62,215 nucleotides of DNA from a virus (lineage: Duplodnaviria > Caudoviricetes): the IMG/VR virus record IMGVR_UViG_3300020051_001561, positions 1-62,215 of that record. One strand, written 5' to 3'. The translations under genes and the position numbers were made by a program. Positions 60,129-62,215 of the stretch are shown one piece after another. Positions within the stretch are counted from its first letter, which is position 1, and each line of letters begins with the position of its first letter. Below the pieces are notes generated by a model. It was not told where the DNA came from. It did no database searches and worked only from the letters and a program-made list of their open reading frames with translations.

Positions 60129-60188
60129 AGTATAAGAAACTTTTCCTCCTCAGTCAAAATTTGACTTAAAAAAACTATTTATTATAAT
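60129..60188. promoter_or_regulatory. Back-to-back sigma70-like promoters forming a palindrome, plus late motif
   Basis: Minus TTGACT-N17-TATACT; plus TTGACT-N16-TATAAT; AGTCAAA-A-TTTGACT at 60152-60166; TATTTATT at 60176-60183. Confidence 0.65.
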
Positions 60189-60196
60189 AGTCAAGT

Positions 60197-60391
60197 ATGA
60201 TAGTAGTAAAAGTAGATAACAAAAAAGGTGGTATTGAGAGAGCTCTCAAGAATTATAAGTATAAGGTCATAAAGACCAAACAACTTAATAATTTAAGGGA
60301 TGGAAGATACTACGAGAAAAAAACCACAAAGAGAAGAAAGCAATTACAGAAAGCCAAGTATGTGGAAAAATTAAAGGGTTCAGAAGACTGA
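60197..60391 (+). CDS. rpsU: Ribosomal protein bS21
   Basis: MIVVKV...IERALKNYKYKV...LRDGRYYEKKTTKRRKQLQKAKY; 64 aa, basic. Confidence 0.88.
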   Translation: MIVVKVDNKKGGIERALKNYKYKVIKTKQLNNLRDGRYYEKKTTKRRKQLQKAKYVEKLKGSED

Positions 60392-60402
60392 ACCCTTTTT
60401 TT
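60373..60402. terminator. Terminator overlapping the bS21 stop codon
   Basis: AAAGGGTTCAG-AAGA-CTGAACCCTTT followed by T-run. Confidence 0.8.
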
Positions 60403-60403
60403 A

Positions 60404-61138
60404 TTATAGACCTGAATGTAATTGTTTGAGTTTGTATAATGAAACTAAATCGTTTTTACTTTCATTAATTTTAGAAATTGTATTATTAACTTTTTCAGTT
60501 AATTCTGTATCAGTACTTTCAGTTAAAGTAGATTTAAGTTTACCAATAACTGATTCTTTTAATTCAGTCATTTCTTTAGTAATCTCCTCTTTAGTCATTG
60601 ATAATAATCCTTTCAATTCCTCTTTCTCTGATTCACTAATATTTTCATATTCTTTGTTGAAAGTATTCGATGCAATTTTCAACATTGTAGACAATGGTAG
60701 ATTTACTGATTCTTTGATTACGTCTTCAATCTTTGTTTCAGAAAGTGTTCTCTGAATCTTTAATTTTGATTCCACAACTGTCTCCAATTTAGTTAAAGAT
60801 TTTTCGTAAATAACGTTATCAATATCTACGTAATTATTTTCAACAGATTCATCTAAAAGTTCATTAACCCACTTAGATAATTCTTCAATTTTTTCTTTGT
60901 TATTTGTGATGATATCATTTAACTTTTCAAACGACTCATTTACATATACCGAAGCAACTTCTTTAGATAAACCTTTTTGTGAACTTAATTCATCATAAAG
61001 GTAATAGGCTTCAGCCAAATTTTTGTCACCCAAGATTCTTTTTTTGAAACCCTGAAGGTTAGACTTAAAAGATTGTTTACCGTAAGTAGAAACTAACGTT
61101 CTTTCAATCTTTGATTTTATAGCACCGAACTTATTCAT
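60404..61138 (-). CDS. Hypothetical head-assembly (core-like) protein
   Basis: Follows portal; helical, K/E-rich with many V/L/I-x-E sites; late motif at 61151-61158. Confidence 0.6.
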   Translation of the reverse strand: MNKFGAIKSKIERTLVSTYGKQSFKSNLQGFKKRILGDKNLAEAYYLYDELSSQKGLSKEVASVYVNESFEKLNDIITNNKEKIEELSKWVNELLDESVENNYVDIDNVIYEKSLTKLETVVESKLKIQRTLSETKIEDVIKESVNLPLSTMLKIASNTFNKEYENISESEKEELKGLLSMTKEEITKEMTELKESVIGKLKSTLTESTDTELTEKVNNTISKINESKNDLVSLYKLKQLHSGL

Positions 61139-61161
61139 AATTGTTTTATTTATAAATATTA

Positions 61162-62215
61162 CTATTTGAGTAACTGGTTCAACTTTTCTTCCATCTCACC
61201 TAATGACTCTCTACCTTTAGATAGGTCAATAGTTTCGTCTTGACCAAATAATGTCATATCTTCTAAGATTAAATCTAAGTCTTTATTTCTAACAAATCTT
61301 TCAGGAGCTAATTCAGGTTCACCACCAGTTTCAACTTCACCAGCAGGTTCACCACCTAAGTCTCCTCCTAAGTCTCCACCGAAATCTCCACCTCCTCCGA
61401 AGTCTCCACCACCACCGAAGTCGTCTCCACCACCGAAGTCGTCTCCTCCTTCAGCATCAGCTTCACCTTCAGGTGCTGTACCTTTTTGACCATACAATTT
61501 GTCAAGATTGTCAAAGATACCAGTATTGATAATAACTTCTTGAGTTTTCTCCAATTCACCAGCAACCGCTCTTTCAATACGTTGTTGTTGTAAGTCAAGT
61601 TTGATTTCCTCATCAGAGAATCCAAGAATATGTTTCTTAGCCCATGATGATGAAACAGGTAAGATACCGTTTCCTGGGTCAGTAGTTGCATCACGATACA
61701 ATTGAATCTTCTGTTGCCATTGTTCCACCTTCAACAAGTCAGCTTGTGATGATGGGTTAGTTAATGCCAATTGGAAGTTTTGTAATTCATCCTCAAAACC
61801 TAAGATATATAAGTGGATGATTGCAATCTTATTCAACTCCTGAATCATAGACCTTTGAATTCTATTGATAGTTCTCGCAAAACGGATATCCTGTAATGCT
61901 AAGTTCTTACCTTCACCAGTAACCTCTTCAAAACCTAAGAATGCTTTAGGAACACGAAGTGCCGTCAACAATTTCTTTTGGATGTATTCAATATCCGCAA
62001 TCTCTGACAAGTTCTGCGCACCTGGTAAAGTATCAATAGGGTTCGGAGCGTTAGGGTCACGAACAGGAATAAAGTAATCTTGGTCTACGGCCATTTGGTT
62101 CATACGTAGGTCGACATTACCCGTTGAAGGGTCTGCGACCTGGTCACGTTTGAACTTGTTGGCAACTCGTTGTACATACGGTTCGACATCTTTATCATCC
62201 ATATTACCCACAAAT
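61162..62215 (-). CDS. gp20: Portal protein (T4 gp20-like), 5' part outside the window
   Basis: VGNM, QDYFIPVR, IDTLPGAQNL.EIADIEYIQKKLLTALRVP, DIRFARTI. Confidence 0.93.
   Translation of the reverse strand, partial: FVGNMDDKDVEPYVQRVANKFKRDQVADPSTGNVDLRMNQMAVDQDYFIPVRDPNAPNPIDTLPGAQNLSEIADIEYIQKKLLTALRVPKAFLGFEEVTGEGKNLALQDIRFARTINRIQRSMIQELNKIAIIHLYILGFEDELQNFQLALTNPSSQADLLKVEQWQQKIQLYRDATTDPGNGILPVSSSWAKKHILGFSDEEIKLDLQQQRIERAVAGELEKTQEVIINTGIFDNLDKLYGQKGTAPEGEADAEGGDDFGGGDDFGGGGDFGGGGDFGGDLGGDLGGEPAGEVETGGEPELAPERFVRNKDLDLILEDMTLFGQDETIDLSKGRESLGEMEEKLNQLLK
61352..61450 (-). repeat. GGDDFG / GGDLG tandem repeats in the portal tail
   Basis: Repeated CCACCGAAGTC units; protein GGDDFGGGDDFGGGGDFGGGGDFGGDLGGDLGG. 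Confidence 0.85.

Noticed and set aside
1659-61158. Canonical T4 late promoters (TATAAATA on the plus strand)
   Set aside because: They lie upstream of minus-strand genes, while plus-strand genes have TATTTATA, so the functional orientation is inverted
1-62215. Alternative genetic code (stop-codon reassignment)
   Set aside because: Core genes are full length and tightly packed under code 11
1-62215. tRNA, rRNA, integrase, transposase or diversity-generating retroelement
   Set aside because: Intergenic gaps are short with no cloverleaf seen; no recombinase, transposase or reverse transcriptase motifs and no template/variable repeat pair found by eye

Overview
AT-rich, gene-dense fragment of a large T4-like (myovirus, probably jumbo) phage read in the standard genetic code. 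The host is probably Bacteroidota, based on a Flavobacteria-type bS21, a DUF4494-like gene, A-rich leaders without Shine-Dalgarno sites and TAnnTTTG-like promoter elements. The window holds the morphogenesis core: tape measure (partial), tail chaperones, tube, sheath, neck proteins, central spike, major capsid, scaffold, prohead protease and portal (partial). These are interleaved with a SNF2 helicase, a family B DNA polymerase, an SOD fusion, PhoH, dUTPase and a gp55-like sigma factor. The most striking elements are: (i) three giant Thr/Pro/Ser mucin-like fibre proteins close to a ~13 kb sugar-synthesis, glycosyltransferase and glycan-modification cluster, suggesting a phage-encoded virion glycosylation system; (ii) a TATTTAT(A/C/T) motif before nearly all structural transcription units, the reverse complement of the T4 late promoter; (iii) enzymes (SOD, HAD, WYL, ParB-like, cupin) carrying putative capsid-targeting leaders and I/L-x-E protease sites; (iv) a candidate +1 frameshift in the tail chaperone. 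Several real small ORFs missing from the supplied track were found by reading the sequence. All assignments rest on motif recognition by eye; no database searches were run.
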